From Patescibacteria group bacterium (GTDB taxonomy: Bacteria; Patescibacteriota; Patescibacteriia; JACRDY01): DNA of 64,000 nt. Below, piece after piece: positions 29,601 to 37,985 of the stretch. The translations under genes were made by a program, and so were the position numbers. Where the stretch lies: NCBI GenBank assembly GCA_041671565.1, contig JBAZBH010000004.1:9308-73307 (forward strand), in the 5' to 3' direction. Numbering within the stretch: position 1 is the stretch's first letter; each line of letters opens with the position of its first letter. Under the pieces are notes generated by a model. That model did not search any database. It saw nothing but the letters and a program-made list of their open reading frames with translations, and had not been told where the DNA came from.

Positions 29601-30233
29601 CTATTTTTTTCCGTCCCATTCTGATAAAAATTCATTTAAAAAGTTTTTCATAAAGATTACCCTCCGTTTGGCTATATATTTTGCAGTCTTTGTATACATT
29701 TTTGAGTCAAGTAGTAATAGTTTCTCATAAAAATGATTAACCATCGTTTTACTCCCACCAATAAAAGTCGGGTTGGGCCTAATGTCGGGATCATGAATTG
29801 GCCTATTTTTGCTGACGCAGTATTGAACCGTTCGAATTACGCCAATAGCTCCAACTGCGTCCATGGCATCACAATCAGCAATTATTTTTGCTTCTATAGT
29901 TTTAGGTTCTCCAATTTCGTCAGACCAAGAATGGGTTAATATGCAATCGGCAATGGGGTCAAGTATTTTAGGTGTAAGTTTAAATTGTTTGAGAAATGTT
30001 TTTGCAACCGAAGCACAAGATTTGGTATGGGTAAATGCTGGACCGTGCTCGCCAATGTCATGCAATAAAGCGGCAAGTTGCACTATAAACACATTAGCCT
30101 TTTCCTTTTTAGCTATCTTTTCTGCTATTTTAAACACTCTTATAACATGCCAATAATCATGACCCGAATTATCACTAAGTAACTTTTTTTTAATAAAGCT
30201 TTTAGTTTTTTGAAGAATTTCTTTTTTATTCAT
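29601..30233 (-). CDS. HD domain phosphohydrolase
   Basis: GHDYWHV.RV, AALLHDI, D.DAMDA.GA.G, HFYEKLL motifs; AT-rich. Confidence 0.9.
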   Translation of the reverse strand: MNKKEILQKTKSFIKKKLLSDNSGHDYWHVIRVFKIAEKIAKKEKANVFIVQLAALLHDIGEHGPAFTHTKSCASVAKTFLKQFKLTPKILDPIADCILTHSWSDEIGEPKTIEAKIIADCDAMDAVGAIGVIRTVQYCVSKNRPIHDPDIRPNPTFIGGSKTMVNHFYEKLLLLDSKMYTKTAKYIAKRRVIFMKNFLNEFLSEWDGKK

Positions 30234-30408
30234 TTGCGTTGTCTTAAGAATATTAACTGTATTGCATGGTTGGTTATTATCAGATTTTGTGATATTGGTT
30301 GAAATTATTATAACATATTTATGCCGGCCGCCGAAATCGGTTTTTCTTTTTTGCGGTTTTTTGTTATAATAATGCCAGTTAAATCAAGGATGGTTAACCC
30401 TAGAAATT

Positions 30409-30918
30409 ATGCCTTTAGATAAAAATCGGCAGGCAGAGCTGGCGCGGGAGGCGGTTCGGCCGCCAACAGAAACCAAGATTGAGTCAGCGCCAAAGCCGTC
30501 AACGGAAATTAGCCAAGAGAATCGGCCGGAGAAGCAGTTTTTGGGCGAGGTCAAGGCTGGTCCGGAAAGGGCGGCCGCGGCGAGTATTGTTAGTCCGGCT
30601 CATCCTAACGCTGTCGCTGACCGCGAATCCGAAAAACTTCATGAAATTGAAGAGATTTTGGCCGAAGATTTGGAGGAGATTTACCTCGGTCTTTCGCCCG
30701 CCAAAAAAGAAGAGTTTAAACGGGAGGGCGAAAAAGCCGCTTCTTTAATTTTAGTCTTGTTGCGGCAAGTTAAAATTCATACCGCCAAAATTTACCGTTT
30801 GATCCGCCGGTGGCTCAAAATTATTCCCGGAGTCAGCCGTTATTTTCTTGCCCAAGAAGCAAAAATCAAAGCCGATCGGTTAGTGGCCGATGAGGAAAGG
30901 GAAAGGCAAAGAAGATAA
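30409..30918 (+). CDS. Hypothetical protein upstream of the VirD4-like ATPase
   Basis: Open 169-codon frame with a TGTTATAAT promoter upstream; C-terminal WL..IPGV...FL.QEAKIK. Confidence 0.75.
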   Translation: MPLDKNRQAELAREAVRPPTETKIESAPKPSTEISQENRPEKQFLGEVKAGPERAAAASIVSPAHPNAVADRESEKLHEIEEILAEDLEEIYLGLSPAKKEEFKREGEKAASLILVLLRQVKIHTAKIYRLIRRWLKIIPGVSRYFLAQEAKIKADRLVADEERERQRR

Positions 30919-30951
30919 TTGCGTTGATAATTTACGGAATTAGGTTTATTG

Positions 30952-31097
30952 ATCTGGCTGTAATGCGATGCGAATGCTACGAATTACATACGAATGCTAC
31001 AAATTATGCCGATCATTATGTATAATTTTAACTATTTTTACCGTCGTCTTTATTCGTAGATTCGCATGTAATTCGTAGCATTCGCATCGCTTCTTAG
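30952..31097. repeat. Family B 9-mer palindromic element
   Basis: gcgatgcgaatgctacgaattacatacgaat ... attcgcatgtaattcgtagcattcgcatcgc inverted arms. Confidence 0.85.
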
Positions 31098-31107
31098 CGT
31101 CGCTTTT

Positions 31108-33792
31108 ATGGGCCAAACTGATGTTTTTAACCAATTTGACCAAACCCAAAAGTTGGGTGATTTCGGTCAGACCGCCGCGGCGGGCGGGCAGTCTTTGTTA
31201 AGCCAGCCAGTGGTGGCCGGGGTTTTGTATTTTATTTTGTTTATCGCGATCGTGGTTGCTGGTTTGGCGCTTTTGCGGTTTTTGTTAATTGCTTTGCGGC
31301 GCCGGTTGGCGACTTTTAACCGGGTGGTGTTGCAAGTTCTCCTGCCCAAAGAGTCGGAGGAACAGGCGGAGAAAGAAGAAGCGATCCAGAAAAAAGACAT
31401 TAAAGAAGTGATCGCCGAGGTAGAGGGGCTCTACGCCGCCTTGATCGGCACGGCGCGGCCGCATAATTGGGGTTATTGGTGGTACGCTTTTCGGCGGTTT
31501 TGGACCGGCCACCACAGCCATTTGTCCTTGGAAATGGTGGCTTGGCAGGATAAAATCAAGTTTTATCTGGTCACGCCGAAGCACTTGGCGGAATATGTGG
31601 AGAAGCAAATTCACGCCGCTTACCCGGACGCCACGGTGGAAAAAACGAGTGACTATAATATCTTTACGCCTCACGGCGCGGTGGCCGGCAGTTACCTTTG
31701 TCCCAGCCGCAGCCAGATTTTGCCGCTCCGGACTTATAAAAAAATGGACTTTGATCCGCTGGAGTCAGTCACCAGCAATCTGTCCAAGTTTGAGGCGGAG
31801 GACGGCGTGGCGATTCAACTTCTGGTCCGGCCCGGCAAAAGCAAATGGCGCAGCCAGGGGATTGGCATTGCCAAAAAAATGCACCAAGGTGAGACGCTGG
31901 AAAACGCCTTGCGGGGACAAAGCGGTTGGTTGAATTTTATCGGTTGGAGTTTTGGCTTACCTTATAAAGGGTTGAAATTTTTGGTGGACAACTTTTTCGT
32001 CACCGCGCCGAAACCGGGCGCGGAAAAGCCGGCCGGGGAAATGAGCGAAGGCGATAAAATGCGCCACGCGCCGGTCCGGATACTGAAACGGGAAGAAGAG
32101 CTGATTCAGGCGCTGGAAGAAAAATACGCCAAACCCTGTTTTGAAGCCAATCTGCGGCTGGTGGTTTCGGCTAAAACCCCGGAACGGACGACAATACTCC
32201 TCCGCAGTGTTATTGGTTCGTTTTCGCAGTTCAGCTCCACTTCCATTAATAATCAGCTCAAAGGGCCGCTCCTTTGGTTCAAGAGCATGTTTATCAATGA
32301 TTTTATCTGCCGCAACTTCCGGGAGTTTAAAAAATTTATCATTTCCAGCGAAGAATTGGTTAGTTTGTATCATTTCCCGCTGTCTTTCAATGAAACGCCA
32401 AATATCGTTTGGCTGCCTTCCCGCCGCGCCGCGCCGCCAGTGGATTTGCCCACCGAAGGCATTATCTTGGGCAAGAGTGTTTATCGCGGGCAAGAGAAAT
32501 TGGTGCGGCTGCAAAAGGACGACCGCCGGCGCCACACTTATATCATCGGTAAATCCGGCACCGGTAAATCGTTTCTCCTCGCCAATATGGCAATCCAGGA
32601 CATCCAGGCCGGCGAGGGTGTTTGTATTATCGATCCGCACGGCGATTTGGTGGACGATGTTTTTGAGCGGGTGCCGAAAGAGCGCGCCGACGATGTGATT
32701 TTATTTGACCCGGCGGACATTGAGCGGCCGATGGGTTTAAACTTATTAGAATACGATCCGCGCTACCCGGAGCAGAAAACTTTTGTGATCAACGAAATGA
32801 TCAAGATTTTTGACAAGCTTTATGACCTTAAACAAACCGGCGGGCCGATGTTTGAGCAATACATGCGGAACGCCATGCTTTTGGTCATGGAAGACCCGGA
32901 GAGCGGTTCCACTCTAATGGAGATTTCCAAGGTTTTGGTTGATCCGGATTACCGCCGTTACAAAATCAGTAAATGCCAGACGCAAGTAGTCAAGGACTTT
33001 TGGGTGAAAGAAGCGGAAAAAGCCGGCGGCGAGGCGGCCCTTGCCAACATGGTGCCTTACATTACTTCCAAATTAACCTCTTTTATTTCCAATGATTTCA
33101 TGCGGCCGATTATCGGCCAACAGCACAGCGCCATCAACTTCCGCGATGCCATGGACAGCGGCAAAATCCTGCTGGTTAAACTGTCTAAAGGGCGCCTGGG
33201 CGACATTAACACCAATTTAGTCGGCATGATGATGGTCGGCAAGATCCTGATGGCCGCCCTTAGCCGGACGGATATGCCGAAAGAAAAGCGCCGAGATTTT
33301 TACCTGTATATCGACGAGTTCCAAAACTTTACGACCGACAGCATTGCGGTGATTTTGTCCGAGGCGCGGAAATACATGCTTAACTTGATTATTGCCCACC
33401 AGTATATTGGCCAATTGGTGAAGCATGACGACACCACCATCAAGGACGCGGTCTTTGGCAATGTCGGCACGATGATTGCTTTCAAAATCGGCGCCGAAGA
33501 CGCCGAGCATATCGCCAAGGAGTTCGCCCCGATTGTTAACCAGTTTGACTTGATCAATGTCGAGCGCTTCAACGCCTACATCAAACTCTTGATCAACAAC
33601 CAAGCCTCGCGGCCGTTTAACCTCCAGACTCTGATTTTGCCGCCGGGCAACCCGGAATTATCCCAAAAAATCAAAGAACTCTCGCGCCTCAAATACGGCC
33701 ACGACCGGGCAAGCGTGGAGCGGGAGATTATTGAACGGAGCCGCTCGGCCGAGTTTTCTTTGGGTAAAGTTGACAAAGAGGCGAAAATCTAG
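31108..33792 (+). CDS. VirD4/TraG/HerA-like coupling ATPase with an N-terminal TM
   Basis: Walker A GKSGTGKS, IDPHGDL, Walker B LYIDEFQ, LSEARKY, AHQY..QL, FGNVGT. Confidence 0.88.
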   Translation: MGQTDVFNQFDQTQKLGDFGQTAAAGGQSLLSQPVVAGVLYFILFIAIVVAGLALLRFLLIALRRRLATFNRVVLQVLLPKESEEQAEKEEAIQKKDIKEVIAEVEGLYAALIGTARPHNWGYWWYAFRRFWTGHHSHLSLEMVAWQDKIKFYLVTPKHLAEYVEKQIHAAYPDATVEKTSDYNIFTPHGAVAGSYLCPSRSQILPLRTYKKMDFDPLESVTSNLSKFEAEDGVAIQLLVRPGKSKWRSQGIGIAKKMHQGETLENALRGQSGWLNFIGWSFGLPYKGLKFLVDNFFVTAPKPGAEKPAGEMSEGDKMRHAPVRILKREEELIQALEEKYAKPCFEANLRLVVSAKTPERTTILLRSVIGSFSQFSSTSINNQLKGPLLWFKSMFINDFICRNFREFKKFIISSEELVSLYHFPLSFNETPNIVWLPSRRAAPPVDLPTEGIILGKSVYRGQEKLVRLQKDDRRRHTYIIGKSGTGKSFLLANMAIQDIQAGEGVCIIDPHGDLVDDVFERVPKERADDVILFDPADIERPMGLNLLEYDPRYPEQKTFVINEMIKIFDKLYDLKQTGGPMFEQYMRNAMLLVMEDPESGSTLMEISKVLVDPDYRRYKISKCQTQVVKDFWVKEAEKAGGEAALANMVPYITSKLTSFISNDFMRPIIGQQHSAINFRDAMDSGKILLVKLSKGRLGDINTNLVGMMMVGKILMAALSRTDMPKEKRRDFYLYIDEFQNFTTDSIAVILSEARKYMLNLIIAHQYIGQLVKHDDTTIKDAVFGNVGTMIAFKIGAEDAEHIAKEFAPIVNQFDLINVERFNAYIKLLINNQASRPFNLQTLILPPGNPELSQKIKELSRLKYGHDRASVEREIIERSRSAEFSLGKVDKEAKI

Positions 33793-33832
33793 CTATAATT
33801 AGCTATAAAAATCAAAACAATACCAAAACCAA

Positions 33833-34444
33833 ATGACCAGTAAAAAACAAAAAGACGACGATTTTTTGGAATTTGCCGAGGAGGTTCCCGGAGAAGATCA
33901 GTTGGCAGGCCAAAAATTAGCGGTCGTTAAAAAGATACTTTTGCAATTGCGCTCTAACCTCGACAAGGCGTTAAGGCTTTTGGATGAAGCCGGACCGGGG
34001 AACGCGACGCTGGTTTTGGAGAAACTGGAAGAAATCAAAAACGGCGCTTTTAACGAGCAGGAAGTGTTAAATAACGCGCAAGTGGTCGAAGGGGTTTTCG
34101 ACGGCCAGAAAATGGTGGGCGCCGATGGCCGGGAATATCAAGTGCCGCCGAACTACGCTTCCAAGTCAAAGTTGGTGGAGGGCGATATTCTGAAACTGAC
34201 GATTGATAACCGCGGCAATTTCATTTACAAACAAATCAGCCCGATTGAACGATCGCGGGTCAAAGCCAAACTTTTCCAAGACGCCGAGACGCGGCAGTAC
34301 TTTGCCACCGCCGGCAGTAAGCGTTGGAAACTCTTGACCGCGGCGGTGACTTATTTCAAAGGCAGTCCGGATGACGAAGTGATAATCCTGATTCCGCAGA
34401 AAAGCAAGTCGGCCTGGGCGGCAGTTGAAAATATAGTGAAATAG
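33833..34444 (+). CDS. Conserved hypothetical protein
   Basis: EGVFDGQ.M...DG..Y.VP.NYASKSKLVEGD motif; promoter TTGACA-18-TATAAT at 33770-33799. Confidence 0.75.
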   Translation: MTSKKQKDDDFLEFAEEVPGEDQLAGQKLAVVKKILLQLRSNLDKALRLLDEAGPGNATLVLEKLEEIKNGAFNEQEVLNNAQVVEGVFDGQKMVGADGREYQVPPNYASKSKLVEGDILKLTIDNRGNFIYKQISPIERSRVKAKLFQDAETRQYFATAGSKRWKLLTAAVTYFKGSPDDEVIILIPQKSKSAWAAVENIVK

Positions 34445-34496
34445 TTTTGGCCTCCCATGTCGTCGCTGTTTACTGTTAAAATCAACAATCGTGGTT

Positions 34497-34626
34497 AAAA
34501 GTTCAAAACCCAAAGTTCAAAGTTCAAATCAAGTTCAAATGCCAAAAGGTGGCTTCACGGTTAGCCAAGAATAGCATTTGATATTTGAACTTGATTTGAA
34601 CTTTGGGTTTTGAACTTTGAACTTTT
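34497..34626. repeat. Palindromic element of AAGTTCA heptamers
   Basis: aagttcaaa arm versus tttgaactt arm; same architecture as family A. Confidence 0.85.
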
Positions 34627-34667
34627 GGCCGTGTTTATTGGTTTAAATGGCTATTATGTAATTTTTT

Positions 34668-35312
34668 ATGGTTCGTAAGCCGATATATCAAATAGTATTT
34701 CTGGGCCCTCAGGGTTCGGGCAAAGGCACGCAAGCCGAAAAGCTGGCGGCCGATTTTAAAATTCCGGTGATTGCCACCGGCCAGATTTACCGTGATGAAG
34801 CCAAAAAGAAAACCGTTTTGGGCGACAAAGTTGCCAGTTGCGTTAACCAGGGCAAACTGGTGCCGGACGATATTACTAACGATTTGATTATTCGGCGCCT
34901 CGGCAAAAAAGATTGCCGCCGCGGCTTTATTCTCGATGGTTATCCGCGGACTTTGGCGCAGGCCGAGGCCTTGGCGGCGATTACTTCTTTAACCCAGGCG
35001 ATTTCGATTGATCTGCCTGACCGCGAGGCGATTGCGCGGATTGCCGGCCGGCTGATTTGCAATGAATGCGGCGCTACTTATCACTTGAAAGCCAATCCGC
35101 CGCAGGAGCCAGGTATTTGCGATAAGTGCGGCGCGGCGCTGTTAGCGCGCAAAGACGACCAAGCCGAAGCGGCTTTACGCCAGCGGTTGGCGATTTATCA
35201 TGAGCAGATTGACCCGATTGTTAAATTTTATGAAAATCAGGGGATTTTGTGCCGAATTGACGGCCGACAGAGCATTGACGAGGTTTATCGGGCAGTGAAG
35301 AAAGTCTTTTAA
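34668..35312 (+). CDS. adk: Adenylate kinase
   Basis: GPQGSGKGTQA, GFILDGYPR, Zn-binding LID CxxC...CxxC. Confidence 0.96.
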   Translation: MVRKPIYQIVFLGPQGSGKGTQAEKLAADFKIPVIATGQIYRDEAKKKTVLGDKVASCVNQGKLVPDDITNDLIIRRLGKKDCRRGFILDGYPRTLAQAEALAAITSLTQAISIDLPDREAIARIAGRLICNECGATYHLKANPPQEPGICDKCGAALLARKDDQAEAALRQRLAIYHEQIDPIVKFYENQGILCRIDGRQSIDEVYRAVKKVF

Positions 35313-35396
35313 GTATTCAGGGAACAGTATTCGGGGATCAGGGAGGGGTTCAAATTCACCGTTCATGGATATAATCCCCTGAATACTCTTTAATTT

Positions 35397-36161
35397 ATGA
35401 TTACTACCAAAACCGAGGAAGATATCAAAAAACTGGCTTACAGCGGCCGGTTGCTGGGTAAAATTTTAAAGCAACTGGTCAAGGCGGCCAAGCCCGGTGT
35501 TAGCACGCAGGAGTTGGACATGATGGCCGAAGATTTAATCCGGCGCGCCGGCGGCCGGCCGGCTTTCAAAGGTTATCAGGGCAGTCGCAACGATCCGCCG
35601 TTTCCTTCCACTATTTGCGCTTCCGTCAATAACGAACTGGTCCACGCGCCGGCTTCGGCGCGGCGGTTGAAAGACGGCGATATTCTTAGTATTGATATTG
35701 GTATGAATTACGAAGATTTATACACGGATATGGCGACCACCGCGCCGATTGGCCATATTCCGAGCGAGATTAAAAGGCTTTTGCGGGTGACGGAAAAGTC
35801 TTTGACTCTCGGGATTAAACAAGTCAAACCCGGAAACTTCGTCCACGATATTTCTCGCGCGGTCCAGACTTATGTTGAGGGGCAGGGGATGGCGGTGGTC
35901 AAAGATTTATTCGGCCATGGCGTCGGCTACGCCGTCCACGAAGATCCGCGGATTCCCAATTTCTTGGCCGAGAACCAGCCGCGGGTGGAGTTGCGGCCCG
36001 GCATGGTGATTGCGATTGAACCAATGGTCAGCCTGGGCACGGACAAAATTGCCACACTGGACGACGAGTGGACGGTAGTGACGGCCGACGGCAAGCTTTG
36101 CGCTCATTTTGAACACACGGTGGCGGTCACGGCGAAAGGACATCTCATACTTACTAAATGA
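35397..36161 (+). CDS. map: Methionine aminopeptidase type I
   Basis: C.SVN..LVH, D..SID.G, GHGVG...HEDP, AIEPM, AHFEHT. Confidence 0.97.
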   Translation: MITTKTEEDIKKLAYSGRLLGKILKQLVKAAKPGVSTQELDMMAEDLIRRAGGRPAFKGYQGSRNDPPFPSTICASVNNELVHAPASARRLKDGDILSIDIGMNYEDLYTDMATTAPIGHIPSEIKRLLRVTEKSLTLGIKQVKPGNFVHDISRAVQTYVEGQGMAVVKDLFGHGVGYAVHEDPRIPNFLAENQPRVELRPGMVIAIEPMVSLGTDKIATLDDEWTVVTADGKLCAHFEHTVAVTAKGHLILTK

Positions 36162-36193
36162 TTATAGGAGATTTGATGAACGGAAGGGTTTAA

Positions 36194-36285
36194 TAGGTTG
36201 ATAGGTTGTTAAGTCGTTAGGTGGTTATGGCGCCGCCTGCGGCGGCGCAAACCTAACAACTTAACGACCTATCAACCTAACCACT
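36194..36285. repeat. 8-mer (TTAGGTYG) palindromic element, family C, with a GC core
   Basis: Arms taggttg/acctaac; core GCGCCGCCTGCGGCGGCGC; homologues at 36683-36757 and 56113-56207. Confidence 0.85.
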
Positions 36286-36291
36286 ATTCTT

Positions 36292-36684
36292 ATGTCCAAA
36301 ATCCTCGGCATCGACTACGGCAGTAAAAGGATCGGCCTGGCGCTCGGCGACGAAGAAAGCCGTCTCGCTCTGCCTTTTGATGTCGTCGATAACCAGCGGG
36401 GGATGATTGGCGAATTGCGGCGGATTATTGAAGGCGAAAAAATTTACCGGCTGGTGGTCGGGTTGCCGCTTAACATGTCCGGCGGCGAGACCCAAAAAAC
36501 CGCTGAAGTCCGGCAGTTTATTGAGCTACTCGAACAAAATTTTAATCTGGCGGTGATTACCGAGGATGAACGGTTGACTTCCAAGGCGGCCGACAGCCTT
36601 TTCCGTTCTTACCGGCAAAAATACGACCGCGACGCCATCGCCGCGATGGTGATCTTGCAGGGGTATTTAGATAAAATCAAGTAG
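36292..36684 (+). CDS. yqgF: YqgF/RuvX family RNase H-like nuclease
   Basis: ILGIDYGSKRIGLA, VVGLP, DERLTS, D..AA..ILQ.YL. Confidence 0.95.
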   Translation: MSKILGIDYGSKRIGLALGDEESRLALPFDVVDNQRGMIGELRRIIEGEKIYRLVVGLPLNMSGGETQKTAEVRQFIELLEQNFNLAVITEDERLTSKAADSLFRSYRQKYDRDAIAAMVILQGYLDKIK

Positions 36685-36757
36685 GCAGGTGGTTAGGTCG
36701 TTAGGTCGTTAGGTTTGCGGCGCCATAACCACCTAACTACCTATCAACCTAACCACT
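36683..36757. repeat. Family C element, inverted relative to 36194-36285
   Basis: Asymmetric core ggtttgcggcgccataacc is the reverse complement of the other copy's core minus 12 bp. Confidence 0.85.
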
Positions 36758-36760
36758 ACC

Positions 36761-37486
36761 ATGGAATACTTCACCCAAGCCATTGTCCTCAGTAAAACCG
36801 GCGTTCGGGAATACGACCGCCTTTTTTGTCTTTATACCAAGCATTTGGGTAAAACCACGGTCCTCGCTCGCGGCGCTCGGCGGCCGGGCAGCAAGATGGC
36901 CGGGCACCTAGAACCGTTTGGTTTATTAGCTGTTAAAATCGCCATCGGCCGCGGCCAGCCGCTCCTCGCCAATGTGGAAACCTTAAAGCGCTATCAAAAC
37001 ATTCTTAAAAATCTGGAGCTGATTAAATTGGCGCGCCGTTCAACGGCTTTAGTCGACCGGCTGGTTAAAGAGGGGAGTTGCGATTTGGGGATTTTACAGC
37101 TTCTGAACCAAATTCTGGAGCTTCTAAATTCGCCGGCCGCTAGCCTGCCGACCAAAGTTTTTCTAGTCCAAGTTTTTCAGCTTCAACTTCTAGGCCACCT
37201 CGGTTACCGGCCGGAGCTCGGGCAGTGTTTAGTCTGCCGGCAGAAGCTTCAGCCCGCAGGCAACTTCTTTGATCCGTTAAAAGGCGGCGTTGTCTGCCCG
37301 GCTTGCCAAGCGAAAGTTGTTGATTTACATCAGGCCAGAGTCATTAGCGCGCCGGAAATCAAACTTTTGCGGTTGGCTCTCGGCGAGAAGCTGTCATTTT
37401 TTGCCGGCAAGCGGGTGGCGGCGGAGTTAGCCACCAGTGTTGGCGCGATCATTGATTCTTTTGTCCGAGTGGTGAGTGAGAAGTAA
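36761..37486 (+). CDS. recO: DNA repair protein RecO
   Basis: AIVL....E.DR...LYT..LGK..ARG.R, LG..P.L..CxxC...GG..CxxC. Confidence 0.93.
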   Translation: MEYFTQAIVLSKTGVREYDRLFCLYTKHLGKTTVLARGARRPGSKMAGHLEPFGLLAVKIAIGRGQPLLANVETLKRYQNILKNLELIKLARRSTALVDRLVKEGSCDLGILQLLNQILELLNSPAASLPTKVFLVQVFQLQLLGHLGYRPELGQCLVCRQKLQPAGNFFDPLKGGVVCPACQAKVVDLHQARVISAPEIKLLRLALGEKLSFFAGKRVAAELATSVGAIIDSFVRVVSEK

Positions 37487-37488
37487 AC

Positions 37489-37516
37489 TTGACTTTTTAT
37501 GCCATTATGCTATACT
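37489..37516 (+). promoter_or_regulatory. Sigma70 promoter for the poly-Asn leader / tRNA-Asn unit (probably a leaderless start)
   Basis: TTGACT-16 bp-TATACT with TG extended -10; the ATG begins 7 nt after the -10 box. Confidence 0.75.
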
Positions 37517-37522
37517 AACATT

Positions 37523-37579
37523 ATGAAAACTTACCAAGCCGTGAATAATAATAACAATAATAACCAGCTACGGGGCTGA
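37523..37579 (+). CDS. Poly-Asn leader peptide MKTYQAVNNNNNNNQLRG
   Basis: ATG...(AAT AAT AAT AAC AAT AAT AAC)...TGA read directly; too short for the ORF track. Confidence 0.8.
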   Translation: MKTYQAVNNNNNNNQLRG

Positions 37580-37637
37580 GAGGTTTTCTATTAATAAAAA
37601 CCTAAGGCCCCGTGAAAGCGGGGCTTCTTTGAATTTT
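37570..37637 (+). promoter_or_regulatory. Attenuator: antiterminator (37570-37577 with 37606-37613) versus terminator (37605-37626 plus U-rich tail)
   Basis: ACGGGGCT pairs with GGCCCCGT, which alternatively forms AGGCCCCGT-GAAA-GCGGGGCTT followed by CTTTGAATTTT. Confidence 0.75.
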
Positions 37638-37752
37638 ACGGACTTCTCAAGTTCGCCGCAGGCGAACGCCGAGAAGGCCAGAGTAAAATTCATCCGCCGA
37701 ATCCAGCTGCAGAACCCTGCGGCTGGAGAAGGCGGATAGTTGTTTGCTAGGC

Positions 37753-37919
37753 TCTGGGGTAGTTTAATGGTAAAACGCCTGGCTGCCTGCCCGCAATGCT
37801 CTGCGCTCTGGGATAGTTCAGTGGTAGAACGCCTGGCTGTTAACCAGGATGTCGCAGGTTCGAATCCTGCTCCCAGAGCATAGCGCAGGCAGGCGGGCGT
37901 TCGATTCCTCCCCCCAGAG
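37753..37919 (+). pseudogene. Split tRNA-Asn-like outer copy enclosing the intact tRNA-Asn
   Basis: 5' half TCTGGGG TA GTTT AATGGTA AAAC G CCTGG CTG (37753-37785); 3' end TTCGATT CCTCC CCCCAGA G (37900-37919). Confidence 0.75.
37807..37878 (+). tRNA. tRNA-Asn (GTT)
   Basis: Full cloverleaf: TCTGGGA/TCCCAGA, GTTC/GAAC, CCTGG-CT GTT AA-CCAGG, GCAGG-TTCGAAT-CCTGC, discriminator G; CCA not encoded. Confidence 0.96.
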
Positions 37920-37985
37920 CTTAATAGATAATACTTGGCCGCTTAATCTTTACTCTAAATTAAGATAATGGTAATATATAGGTAT

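Noticed and set aside
35312-35390. GGGGTTCAAATTC resembling a tRNA T-arm
   Set aside because: No cloverleaf can be built; the region is a degenerate GTATTCAG palindrome
37541-37564. The AAT run as a mere microsatellite
   Set aside because: It mixes synonymous AAT and AAC in frame with an ATG at the predicted start and sits upstream of the cognate tRNA with attenuator helices; chance is unlikely but not excluded
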